Source: an uncultured Synergistaceae bacterium
GTDB lineage: Bacteria; Synergistota; Synergistia; Synergistales; Aminobacteriaceae
Direction of reading: 5' to 3'
Assembly (NCBI GenBank): GCA_964426245.1
Contig: CAYRPJ010000016.1
Location: 3,793 to 67,792, forward strand
Length of the DNA stretch: 64,000 nucleotides
Below the pieces are notes generated by a model. The model saw only the letters and a program-made list of their open reading frames with translations. It ran no database searches and had not been told where the DNA came from. This document shows positions 37,474 to 46,698 of this stretch, in pieces. Position numbers and translations under genes: made by a program. Within the stretch, counting starts at the first letter, position 1. The number at the start of each line of letters is the position of its first letter.

Positions 37474-39941
37474 GATATCTGTCCTTGAAAGACTCGCCGG
37501 CGCTGATCTTCGGCGATTGTTCCATGAACTACGCGGACTTTTTCGGTGCTGTATCCTCATATGCGGCGATCCTTTCAGAAGAACGGTGCAGCAAGGTGGC
37601 GATATGCTTGGAGAACCGCCCCGAGTGGCTCTTTGCCTTGTATGCCGGGTGGAAGATCGGTTGTTCCGTGGTGCCTGTCGATTCCGCAGCCCCTCCCGAT
37701 GAAGCGGCGTTCATCCTGGAGGATTGCAGGCCGGAAGTCGTTTTCTGTTCCCGATTGAAGCGTTCCGATGTCGAAAAAGCGCTGCGCTCCGTATCGTACG
37801 TTCCCAGGATACTGGTCTTCGAGGAGTGTGCGCATGAACAATCCGTCAATGTCCCGGAGACCGGTTTTCTCGAACGGGATGACGAGGAGACCGCGTTGAT
37901 CGTCTATACTTCGGGAACGACCGGAACGCCCAAGGGCGCGATGCTCTCCTTCGGGAATATCCTGGCGAATGTCCTTGCCGTGAGTGAAGCCTCCCCGATC
38001 TTTACCCCCGGTTCGCGAACCTTGGTGCTGTTGCCGGTCCATCACATTCTTCCGCTTGTCGGTACTGTTCTCGCACCGCTCTTTGTCGGCGGCACATGCG
38101 TTTTTTCTCCTTCCATGGCCTCCGAGGATATCCTGAAGACGCTCGAAAATCATCGCGTCAATATAATCGTCGGAGTGCCCAGGTTCTACAGCCTTATCAT
38201 AAAGGGAATCCGTGAAAAGATACGGAGCAGTATCGCCGGCCGAGTCCTGTTCGCGCTTGCAAAACAACTGGATTCCGCAGCTTTTTCCCGGAAATTGTTC
38301 GGCAAAGTTCACCGGCGCTTAGGAGGAAATATTCGCTATCTCGTGTCCGGAGGCGCGGCTATCGACGAAGACGTGGCAAGAGATTTCAAGGCTCTTGGAT
38401 TCAACATGCTGACCGGATACGGAATGACGGAGGCCGCGCCGATGATCTCCTTCACGAGACCCGGGACGCTGAGAATCGGAGCCAGCGGACAGGTATCGCC
38501 GGCCAACGAGGTTCGCATCGTGGACGGTGAGATCCTCGCAAGGGGCAAAAACGTGATGCGGGGCTATTACAACCGGCGGGACGATACGGAGGCGATGGTT
38601 CGGGACGGATGGCTTCACACCGGTGATCTTGGATTCGTCGATTCGGAGGGTTTCCTTTTCGTGACGGGACGAAAGAAGGATATTATCGTCCTTCCAAGCG
38701 GAAAGAACGTCAACCCGGAGGAAGTGGAGTCACGTATTCTCGGGGAATTCGACGTCGTCAGGGAGATAGCGCTCTGCCTGCACGACGATGTGCTGCACGC
38801 CGTGATCCTTCCCGATTTCGCGAGACTCGCGGAAAAAGGAGTGCACGCGCTGGACGACTACTTCCGGTGGAATGTCCTCGATACCTACAATCAAAAGGCC
38901 GCTCCCGCCAAAAAGATCATGAAGTTCACCCTGGTGCGCGAGGAACTGCCGAAGACCCGTCTCGGCAAGATCAGGCGTTTCCGGATTCCTTCGCTGATCG
39001 CAAAACCGGCGGTTCACGGTGCGGTCGATCGAGAACCGGAGACGCCGGTCTACCATGCAATCAGGAAATTTCTCTCCGGTCAGACCGGAAAACCGGTATT
39101 CGGCGAGGCGCATCTCGAGATAGATATGGGAATGGACTCTCTCGACAAGGTGGCCTTTTCTGCTTTCCTTCACTCTTCTTTTGGAGTGAAGGTGCACGAC
39201 GAGGAACTGCTCCGGTACCCGACAGCGGCGGCGATTGCCGAATACGTCGAGCGGATGAAGGTGAAGATGGAGGAAGAGGGGATCGACTGGAGCACTATTC
39301 TCCATGCGAACGAGGAGGTGGAGCTTCCCGGGAGTTCCCCGTTCTATGCTTTTTTCGGCAGGGCAGTGAGATTCCTTCTCAATAGTTCTTTCCGCATGAG
39401 TGCGAGCGGACTTGAGCATATTCCGAAGCACCCCTTCATGCTTGTCGCAAATCATCAGAGTTACCTCGACAGCCTTGCGATCGCGAGTTTTCTTGATACC
39501 GGCACGATGCGAAGGCTCTATTTCTACGCAGGGGAGCGACATTTTCGAAGAGCCTGGCAACAGGCTTTCGCGGCAAGGCACAATATTATCCTTGTCGATA
39601 TCAACAGGAGGCTGAAGCTGTCTCTGCAGAAAATGGCGAAGGTCCTGAAGGAAGGGCGCTCGATGATCCTTTTTCCGGAGGGCACACGAAGCCGTGACGG
39701 CACCCTCCAGGCTTTCAAAAAGACCTTTGCGATCCTCAGCAGGGAGCTCGACGTTCCTATAGTTCCAGTTGCCCTGCGCGGCGCCTACGAGGCCATGCCG
39801 AGAGGACGATCGATCCCCAAGTTCGGGCAGGCGATCCATGTCGATTTTCTTCCGCCGATGTATCCCGGGCTTTTAAGCTACGACGAGTTGACGGAGAGGG
39901 TTTATGCACGGATAAAAGAGAGGCTGGAGACAAACGGCTGA
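37470..39941 (+). CDS. tri-domain enzyme paralog: acyl-AMP/CoA ligase, carrier domain, PlsC-type acyltransferase
   Basis: Collinear with 34834-37308: VYTSGTTGTPKGAMLS, TGYGMTEAAP, MGMDSLDKV (Ser codon 39138-39140), NHQSYLD, FPEGTRSRDG. Confidence 0.85.
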   Translation: MRYLSLKDSPALIFGDCSMNYADFFGAVSSYAAILSEERCSKVAICLENRPEWLFALYAGWKIGCSVVPVDSAAPPDEAAFILEDCRPEVVFCSRLKRSDVEKALRSVSYVPRILVFEECAHEQSVNVPETGFLERDDEETALIVYTSGTTGTPKGAMLSFGNILANVLAVSEASPIFTPGSRTLVLLPVHHILPLVGTVLAPLFVGGTCVFSPSMASEDILKTLENHRVNIIVGVPRFYSLIIKGIREKIRSSIAGRVLFALAKQLDSAAFSRKLFGKVHRRLGGNIRYLVSGGAAIDEDVARDFKALGFNMLTGYGMTEAAPMISFTRPGTLRIGASGQVSPANEVRIVDGEILARGKNVMRGYYNRRDDTEAMVRDGWLHTGDLGFVDSEGFLFVTGRKKDIIVLPSGKNVNPEEVESRILGEFDVVREIALCLHDDVLHAVILPDFARLAEKGVHALDDYFRWNVLDTYNQKAAPAKKIMKFTLVREELPKTRLGKIRRFRIPSLIAKPAVHGAVDREPETPVYHAIRKFLSGQTGKPVFGEAHLEIDMGMDSLDKVAFSAFLHSSFGVKVHDEELLRYPTAAAIAEYVERMKVKMEEEGIDWSTILHANEEVELPGSSPFYAFFGRAVRFLLNSSFRMSASGLEHIPKHPFMLVANHQSYLDSLAIASFLDTGTMRRLYFYAGERHFRRAWQQAFAARHNIILVDINRRLKLSLQKMAKVLKEGRSMILFPEGTRSRDGTLQAFKKTFAILSRELDVPIVPVALRGAYEAMPRGRSIPKFGQAIHVDFLPPMYPGLLSYDELTERVYARIKERLETNG

Positions 39942-39977
39942 TTCGCTGCATCCTTTTTTGAAATGGAGTGAATCCGG

Positions 39978-41852
39978 GTGACGTATTCTCAAATTCTCTT
40001 TCTTATAATCCTTCTTTCAACCATGTTTTTCTTCCTCTGGGGACGATGGAGGCACGATGTCGTGTCCGGAGGGGCTCTTGTCGCATGCATTTTTGCCGGA
40101 CTGATTCCTCCCGACGAAGCATTCGCCGGTTTCGGGCATCCTGCGGTGATCACTGTCGGATGTGTCCTGATCCTCAGTTACGGACTGCAGATCACCGGCG
40201 CGGTGGACGTGCTCGCGAAATATGTTCTTCCCTCTTCAGCGGGGCCGGTGTTGAGCATTACAGCGCTTACCGGCCTGGCGGCCCTTCTCTCGGGGTTCAT
40301 GAACAACGTCGGCGCTCTTGCGCTGTTGATGCCCGTCGGGCTTCAGATCGCCGAAAAACAGGAGATGCCTCCCGGCAAGGTGCTGATGCCCCTTGCATTC
40401 GGTTCCATTCTTGGGGGAACGATGACGCTCATCGGAACGCCTCCCAATCTTATTATCTCCGGATTTCGCGCCGAAGCCGGCCTGGGAGGGTTCTCTATGT
40501 TCGACTTCTCTCCGGTCGGTCTTGCGATCACCTGTACAGGCGTGCTTTTTGTGGGTCTGGTCGGTTGGCGGCTCGTCCCGGAGCGAAAGCACGCCGCCGC
40601 GGAGAGTTTTGATACCGGCGCCTACCTGAGTGAAGTCAGAATACTGGAAGGCAGCAATGCGGTAGGCATGCGCCTCAGGGAAACGGAAGAGCTTTTGGAG
40701 GAGGCCGACGCACAGATCATCGGCCTCGTACGGAACGACTTCCATGTCGTCGCTCCCAATCCCGGATATGTGGTGCGGGCGGACGATATCCTGGTCATCG
40801 AGGCTGAACCGGAGTCTATTTCCACGGTTCTGTCGAGTCTCGGCCTGAAGTTTGAAGAGGACGTGCGCGATGAGGAGGACGGCGAGAATTCCGGAGAAAA
40901 TCAAAATGACAAAAAACCCTGTCTCGGAACGCATTGTATCTCTGCCGCCGGTGATGAAAAAGACGGGGATGAAGGAGAGGAAAAGAAAAGCCGGGATGAA
41001 ATCGTCGTTCAGGAACTGGTTGTGCTGCCGAATTCAACGCTGACAGGCCGTTCCGCGACGGATATCCAGTTGCGGACGCGATACGGTATCAACCTGCTTG
41101 CAATTTCGCGGCGGGGGCGGCGTTCCATAAAACGCCTGCGGTCCACGCAGATTCAGGCAGGTGACGTCCTGTTGATGCATGGGGCTCCGGAAGCGCTCTC
41201 CGGCTTTGCCGCGATATTCGACTGCCTTCCCCTGGCGGCGCGGGATATTCGCGTTCCACGGAACGGGCAGGCGCTCATTGCTGCGATTGTTATGGGACTC
41301 TCCATAGGAGCGGCTGCACTCGGCATCCTTCCTGCCGCAGTCTCTTTCGCTGCGGGAGTGCTTTTCTACGTTCTGCTGCGCATCGTTCCTCCGCGTTCCG
41401 TCTACTCGGCGATAGACTGGCCGGTGATCGTCCTGCTTGCCGCGATGCTTCCGGTCGCCGGGGCCATGGCTTCCACCGGAACGGCGGATCTCATAGCGGG
41501 ATTTCTTCTTGAAAGCGTCGCCGGAGGGAGCGCTGTAACGGGACTGACCGTCATCCTTGTCGGGACCATGCTGCTCACGGACTTCATGAACAATGCCGCA
41601 ACCGCCGCGGTGATGGCCCCCATCGCGTTCAGCACGGCCCTGCAGCTCGGCGTCAACCCGGACTCCTTTCTCATGGCCGTGGCGATCGGCGCTTCCTGTG
41701 CTTTCCTCACGCCCATCGGCCATCAGAACAATACCCTCATTCTTGGCCCGGGAGGTTTTTCCTTCGGCGACTATTGGCGGATGGGACTTCCAACGGATTT
41801 GCTCGTGGCAGCGGTAAGCATTCCCATGCTTCTGCTGGTCTGGCCGCTCTGA
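39978..41852 (+). CDS. SLC13/DASS-family permease with two central TrkA-C domains
   Basis: Polytopic N- and C-terminal halves (LLMPVGLQIAE.., NNAATAAVMAPIA). Two TrkA-C-like segments (VRILEGSNAVGMRLRE..DILVIEA; ELVVLPNSTLTGRSA..GDVLLMHG) joined by an acidic linker. GTG start. Confidence 0.8.
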   Translation: MTYSQILFLIILLSTMFFFLWGRWRHDVVSGGALVACIFAGLIPPDEAFAGFGHPAVITVGCVLILSYGLQITGAVDVLAKYVLPSSAGPVLSITALTGLAALLSGFMNNVGALALLMPVGLQIAEKQEMPPGKVLMPLAFGSILGGTMTLIGTPPNLIISGFRAEAGLGGFSMFDFSPVGLAITCTGVLFVGLVGWRLVPERKHAAAESFDTGAYLSEVRILEGSNAVGMRLRETEELLEEADAQIIGLVRNDFHVVAPNPGYVVRADDILVIEAEPESISTVLSSLGLKFEEDVRDEEDGENSGENQNDKKPCLGTHCISAAGDEKDGDEGEEKKSRDEIVVQELVVLPNSTLTGRSATDIQLRTRYGINLLAISRRGRRSIKRLRSTQIQAGDVLLMHGAPEALSGFAAIFDCLPLAARDIRVPRNGQALIAAIVMGLSIGAAALGILPAAVSFAAGVLFYVLLRIVPPRSVYSAIDWPVIVLLAAMLPVAGAMASTGTADLIAGFLLESVAGGSAVTGLTVILVGTMLLTDFMNNAATAAVMAPIAFSTALQLGVNPDSFLMAVAIGASCAFLTPIGHQNNTLILGPGGFSFGDYWRMGLPTDLLVAAVSIPMLLLVWPL

Positions 41853-41882
41853 GAGAATCGCTGCCGAATCTCGCTCTGTCGC

Positions 41883-41946
41883 AAAGGGCAAAGCCGGAAG
41901 AAAGAATCACGTGCTTTTCCTGCCGGCTTTGCCCTTTTCTTTTTTC
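41883..41946. terminator. long hairpin plus T-run between convergent genes
   Basis: aaagggcaaagccgg (41883-41897) pairs with ccggctttgcccttt (41923-41937), followed by a T-rich run. Confidence 0.6.
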
Positions 41947-43252
41947 AGCTGAAACTCGACCAGTCAAAACCTTCCTTCGGATGTTCGATCGACTTGCGAA
42001 GCTGCATCTTCGGCATACCGACGATGATGATGCCCGAACCGGGATCAACCGTGTATCGCTCCCTGTCATGCTCCGGATCGAAGCCGATCTCCGTGTTCGG
42101 AGGAATGACGTTGTGGCTGTCGATGATGACGTTTTGGAGACGGCAATTCTCTCCCACGACAACTCCTTCGCCGATAATAGAGCCTTCGACTCTCGATCCT
42201 GGCATGATGACGCAGTTTCGGGACAGGACGGACGAGTTGACAGTGGAGCCGAGGACACGGCTTCCTTCCGCCGCCAGCGTGCTCTCCACGCTGCATGAAA
42301 AGCCCTTGACGGGGCAGACGTAAGAAGGAGGATCAGCGTAGGATACGGTCCTGATAGGCCACTGAGGGTTGTAGAAGGTCATCTCCGAATCGTGATCGAG
42401 CAGATCCATGTGGGCTTCCCAGTAAGCCTTTATGGTTCCCACGTCCCGCCAGTACGGTTTGTCCTCCCGCCAGAACGATTGTTTCTTTCCGGGCAGGACG
42501 TTCGTCGAAAAATCATAGGCGAAGATGCGGGATGTGGGAACCAGCTTGGGAATGATGTCCCGTCCGAAGTCGTGGCTCGTGGGCAGGAGCGCGTCTTCGA
42601 TGAGGGACTCCTCGAGGATCTCCCGTTCGAAAATATAATTGCCCATCGAAACGTAGGAGAATCCCGGTTTCCCCGGTATTTCAGGCGGGTTTGCCGGTTT
42701 CTCCACGAAATCGATGATTCTCCCTTCATCGTCGACATGAATGCATCCGAAAGCCGATGCCTCGGAGGAAGGAACAACATTCGCCGCCACAGTAATGTCC
42801 GCTTTTTTGTTGAAATGGTACTCCAGCATCTGGTCCACGTCCATTTTGTAGATGTGATCGGCCGCGAAAATACACACCCTGTCCGCGTCGTAGAGCGTGA
42901 CAAGATGGAGGTTCTGATAGACTGCGTCGGCTGTGCCTTGGAACCAGTGCTCTCCCCGCCACATCTGGGCAGGAACGAGTGTGATGAAAAAGTCCCGTCC
43001 GCGGAGAGCGCCGCCGAACTGCCATCCCCTTTCGATATGCTCGTTCAGAGATTGGCTTTTGAACTGCACCAGCACGTAGATAGCAAAGATGCCGCTGTTG
43101 ACCAGATTGGAGAGCGCGAAGTCCACGATACGGTACTTGGCCGCAAAATGGACCGCCGGTTTGGCCCTGTATTTTGTAAGCGGCATAAGGCGTTCCCCTT
43201 TTCCTCCAGCAAGAACCATACCCAGTGTACGTCCATACTTTCCGGTCTGCAT
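41945..43252 (-). CDS. glgC: glucose-1-phosphate adenylyltransferase
   Basis: LGMVLAGGKGERLMPLTKYRAKPAVHF, RIVDFALSN. C-terminal left-handed beta-helix repeats. RBS GGAGGG. Confidence 0.9.
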   Translation of the reverse strand: MQTGKYGRTLGMVLAGGKGERLMPLTKYRAKPAVHFAAKYRIVDFALSNLVNSGIFAIYVLVQFKSQSLNEHIERGWQFGGALRGRDFFITLVPAQMWRGEHWFQGTADAVYQNLHLVTLYDADRVCIFAADHIYKMDVDQMLEYHFNKKADITVAANVVPSSEASAFGCIHVDDEGRIIDFVEKPANPPEIPGKPGFSYVSMGNYIFEREILEESLIEDALLPTSHDFGRDIIPKLVPTSRIFAYDFSTNVLPGKKQSFWREDKPYWRDVGTIKAYWEAHMDLLDHDSEMTFYNPQWPIRTVSYADPPSYVCPVKGFSCSVESTLAAEGSRVLGSTVNSSVLSRNCVIMPGSRVEGSIIGEGVVVGENCRLQNVIIDSHNVIPPNTEIGFDPEHDRERYTVDPGSGIIIVGMPKMQLRKSIEHPKEGFDWSSFS

Positions 43253-43368
43253 AATGTTTCCCTCCTTTTTTCAAGATGAAGTCATTTTTTATAAAAAACC
43301 GAGTTCGGGTGCGGCGGTGCTTTACACGAGCATGCCGGGACGCCGGCTCGCTCCGCAAATGCAAATTT

Positions 43369-44832
43369 TCAGGGGAGAAGAGACCGATAGAGGTCGAGGT
43401 AGAGAGGGGCCGAGCGCTCCCATGAGTAATCCGAATTCATTCCGGTCTTCACGAGGCGAAGGTATTTCTCCCGGTCACGGAAGATGGTGAGGGCTCTTTC
43501 GACAGCAGAGAGAAGCGCTTCAGGGGAGTAGCCGGAGAACAGGAAGCCGTTCGAGTCCGGGGAGTCGTTTTCGAAGACGGTATCCGCAAGCCCTCCGACG
43601 GCCCGCGCTACCGGCACGGTTCCGTACCGGAGAGCGATGAGCTGGGAGAGTCCGCACGGTTCGAATTTCGACGGCATCATGAAGAAATCTCCTCCTGCAT
43701 ATGCGAGATGGGCAAGGGGTTCGTTGAATCCTATAAAAGATGAGACTGCATCAGGCCACGCCGACGTAGCCTTGTGAACGGCCGCTTCATATTCCGGCTG
43801 CCCGGAGCCGAGAAGAAAGAGGCGGCACCCCCTTTCCACCATTTCGGCGATAGAGGGAAGGAGAATGTCGAAGCCCTTCTGATCGACCATGCGTCCGACG
43901 GATGTGAAGAGCGGCCGGTTATCCTGTTCCCATCCGATTTCACGGAAGAGGGCGTTCCGGCACTCGATTTTCCCCGAGAGATCGTCGGAAGAGTAGTTCG
44001 CCGGAAGCAGCGCATCCGTCTCCGGGTTCCAATAGTAGGAGTCGAGCCCGTTGAGTATTCCTGTAAGCTTGTCGCGGTGTCCCCTCAGGAGCCCACCGAG
44101 GCCTACCCCTCCCATTTCCGTCTGTATTTCGCGCGCGTATGACGGGCTAACGGTTGTGATTGCGGACGCACCTTCGATCGCGCCCTTCATAAGGTTCGCA
44201 CCGCCGTAAAACTCCACTCCGTTCAAAGTAAGGGCGTCGTCCGCGATGCCCCATTCCCGTAGCGAAGAAAGCGGAAGAAGTCCCTGGTGCGCAAGGTTGT
44301 GTATCGTAAAGACCGTTTTGAACCGCGGCTGCATCGACCTGTAATGATGATGCCACCTGAGCGCTGTAATCAGCGGCGCAGTGCCCCAGTCGTGGCAGTG
44401 GATGATATCCGGGGTCCATTTTGCGGCCTCCGGGAGTTCCAGTGCGGCAAGGGAGAGAAAAACGAACGGAAGCACCGAGTCAGTCTCGAGATGATGAGGA
44501 TAGATCTCTCTCCCCCGGAAGAGCGGAGACTCCAGAAAGTAGACCGGAAGGTCTCCGTTGACGCACTTCCAGAGTGCACCCTTCTGCACCTCCCAGCGGA
44601 CGGCAACCGTTACCCGCTGGGAAATGCGGGTTAGCTTCAAGCCCCGCTCGTGAACATCGTCGAGGACGCCGTCCCATGCGGGGAGGAGGAGGCGGCAGTC
44701 CGCGCCGTACCGCCGAAGAGCCGGGGGAAGCGAACCCGCGACGTCTGCGAGCCCCCCCACTTTACTGAATGGGACGGCCTCGGGGCTGACGTGAAGAATC
44801 CTCGTTCCATGAGGAGAGTGTCCCGACGCCAT
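43369..44832 (-). CDS. glgA: glycogen synthase (ADP-glucose type)
   Basis: ILHVSPEAVPFSKVGGLADV, HCHDW, MPSKFEPCGLSQL. Confidence 0.9.
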   Translation of the reverse strand: MASGHSPHGTRILHVSPEAVPFSKVGGLADVAGSLPPALRRYGADCRLLLPAWDGVLDDVHERGLKLTRISQRVTVAVRWEVQKGALWKCVNGDLPVYFLESPLFRGREIYPHHLETDSVLPFVFLSLAALELPEAAKWTPDIIHCHDWGTAPLITALRWHHHYRSMQPRFKTVFTIHNLAHQGLLPLSSLREWGIADDALTLNGVEFYGGANLMKGAIEGASAITTVSPSYAREIQTEMGGVGLGGLLRGHRDKLTGILNGLDSYYWNPETDALLPANYSSDDLSGKIECRNALFREIGWEQDNRPLFTSVGRMVDQKGFDILLPSIAEMVERGCRLFLLGSGQPEYEAAVHKATSAWPDAVSSFIGFNEPLAHLAYAGGDFFMMPSKFEPCGLSQLIALRYGTVPVARAVGGLADTVFENDSPDSNGFLFSGYSPEALLSAVERALTIFRDREKYLRLVKTGMNSDYSWERSAPLYLDLYRSLLP

Positions 44833-44838
44833 GAATCG

Positions 44839-46578
44839 TCACATCCCCCGGAAACTGATGTTGTACGCTTTTTCGCAGTATTCGCGGACCATGCGGTGCG
44901 TATTGAAGTAACTCGCGTTCATGGCGATAGCGTGCTGCATCATCCAGACCCATTTCTCCCTGTCGTTGTAATACGCCGGAATGATCTTCCGTTCCAGCTT
45001 GTCGTAGAGGTCGTTGGCGTCGAGAGATTCGTCGTAGTGGACCATTTCGGATTCTGTCGGATCCGGCCCGATGGACCACCCGGTGACATCCTCCAGCCAT
45101 CCTTCGATCCACCATCCGTCGAGGACCGAGAAGTTCATGACTCCGTTGAGCGTGCACTTCATGCCGCTTGTTCCCGAGGCTTCCCGGGGCCGGAGCGGAG
45201 TATTGAGCCAGAGATCGACTCCCTGGGTGATAAGGGCGCCTTTGTCCATGTCGTAGTTTTCGAGGAAGACAATCGGGATCATGTCGCCCACTTTTTGGGA
45301 TGCGTTGAGGAGACGCTGGAGAACCGCCTTTCCCCCGTCGTCTTTCGGGTGGGCCTTGCCCGCGAAGACGAGCTGAACCTTACCCGCGGCGACTTCAAGG
45401 AGGCGCTTGATGCTGGAGAAGAGGAGATCGGCCCTTTTGTACTGCGCGGCACGCCTTGCGAAGCCGATCGTGAGGATATCGGGCTCGAACTGTTTCCCGG
45501 TTTGTTCCATTATGCCGGCGAGGAGGCGCAGCTTGGAGGCCTGGTGCGCTGTCCAAATATCCTCGGGAGGGATCTTCACCGCCTGGATGAGCCTCCCCGG
45601 GTCATTCTCCCAGCCGGGAATGTGCGTATCGAAGAGCCTGCGCATCCCGGTGCTCACCCATGTTCCGGGGTGGATGCCGTTTGTGACCCAGTCGATTTCC
45701 GGCATGGAGAACATGTTGCGGCTCACTTCCGCGTGTTTTTTCGAGACGGCGTTGACAAAACGACTGAACTTGATTCCAAGTTCCGTCATGGAGACTCCGT
45801 CCGCGTTGGGGAGCATTCGTTTGAGGTTGGAGAGCGCTTCGGAAGAGATCACTTTTTCCACGAGATCGAACCGGAAAAAATCATGCCCGGCCGGTACCGG
45901 CGTATGGGTGGTGAAAATGACCTGGTCACGGATCTTCTCGATATCGTAGTACCCCTGCTCCCGCATCAGTTCGAGCGTGAGAAAACCGGCGTGTCCTTCG
46001 TTCATGTGAAACGTCTCGATGTTCTTATAGCCGAGGTCTCTGAGCATGCGAAGCCCGCCCACGCCGAGCACCATTTCCTGGCAGAGGCGGTAGAGCTGGT
46101 CGCCGCCGTAGAGATTCCAGGAGAGTTTGCGGTCTTCCGGGTGGTTGTTGTCGAAGTCGGTGTCGAGAAAGTAGACCGGAAGAGGATGTCCTGTATTGCC
46201 GATAATCTCGTAGAGCCACACGCGCACGTGAACATCCCTGTTCTGCAGCGTCAGGGTCACCTGGTTGGGCAGAAGCGTCAGTTCCTGGACGGGCTGCCAG
46301 AGCACAGGCTTTTCAGTTTGCCACCCTTCGTCATTGAAGGACTGTTGAAAATAGCCCTTGCGATAGAGAAGACTGATTCCCACCATTGGTACTCCCAGGT
46401 CGGCAGCGCTTTTCAGCGTGTCGCCCGCCAGGATGCCAAGACCTCCTGAATAGGTCGGCAGCGACTCCTTGATGCCGATTTCCATTGAACAATATGCTAC
46501 CGGCCGAAAGGCCGGATCAGTCTCCATAAGTTTGCGGATCGAACTTCCAAGTTCTCTCTGATGGTGTGCGGCTATCAT
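44839..46578 (-). CDS. glgP: alpha-glucan phosphorylase (short GlgP family)
   Basis: YCSMEIG, YSGGLGILAGD. PLP-lysine context EASGTSGMKCTLNG. Confidence 0.9.
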   Translation of the reverse strand: MIAAHHQRELGSSIRKLMETDPAFRPVAYCSMEIGIKESLPTYSGGLGILAGDTLKSAADLGVPMVGISLLYRKGYFQQSFNDEGWQTEKPVLWQPVQELTLLPNQVTLTLQNRDVHVRVWLYEIIGNTGHPLPVYFLDTDFDNNHPEDRKLSWNLYGGDQLYRLCQEMVLGVGGLRMLRDLGYKNIETFHMNEGHAGFLTLELMREQGYYDIEKIRDQVIFTTHTPVPAGHDFFRFDLVEKVISSEALSNLKRMLPNADGVSMTELGIKFSRFVNAVSKKHAEVSRNMFSMPEIDWVTNGIHPGTWVSTGMRRLFDTHIPGWENDPGRLIQAVKIPPEDIWTAHQASKLRLLAGIMEQTGKQFEPDILTIGFARRAAQYKRADLLFSSIKRLLEVAAGKVQLVFAGKAHPKDDGGKAVLQRLLNASQKVGDMIPIVFLENYDMDKGALITQGVDLWLNTPLRPREASGTSGMKCTLNGVMNFSVLDGWWIEGWLEDVTGWSIGPDPTESEMVHYDESLDANDLYDKLERKIIPAYYNDREKWVWMMQHAIAMNASYFNTHRMVREYCEKAYNISFRGM

Positions 46579-46698
46579 GGGATCGACTCCTCCTCTCTCG
46601 TCTTGAAACGCTCGCCTGCAAAGAATTCCATTTGCGGCGCGATTTTAGAAATCCTTTCTAATAGTACCAGAAAACAACCTCTCCATTGAAGAGGGGGA

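Noticed and set aside
44650-46449. 599-aa ORF on the plus strand
   Set aside because: It is antisense to glgP and the end of glgA, has no recognisable motifs, and is a mirror frame of a strongly supported gene.
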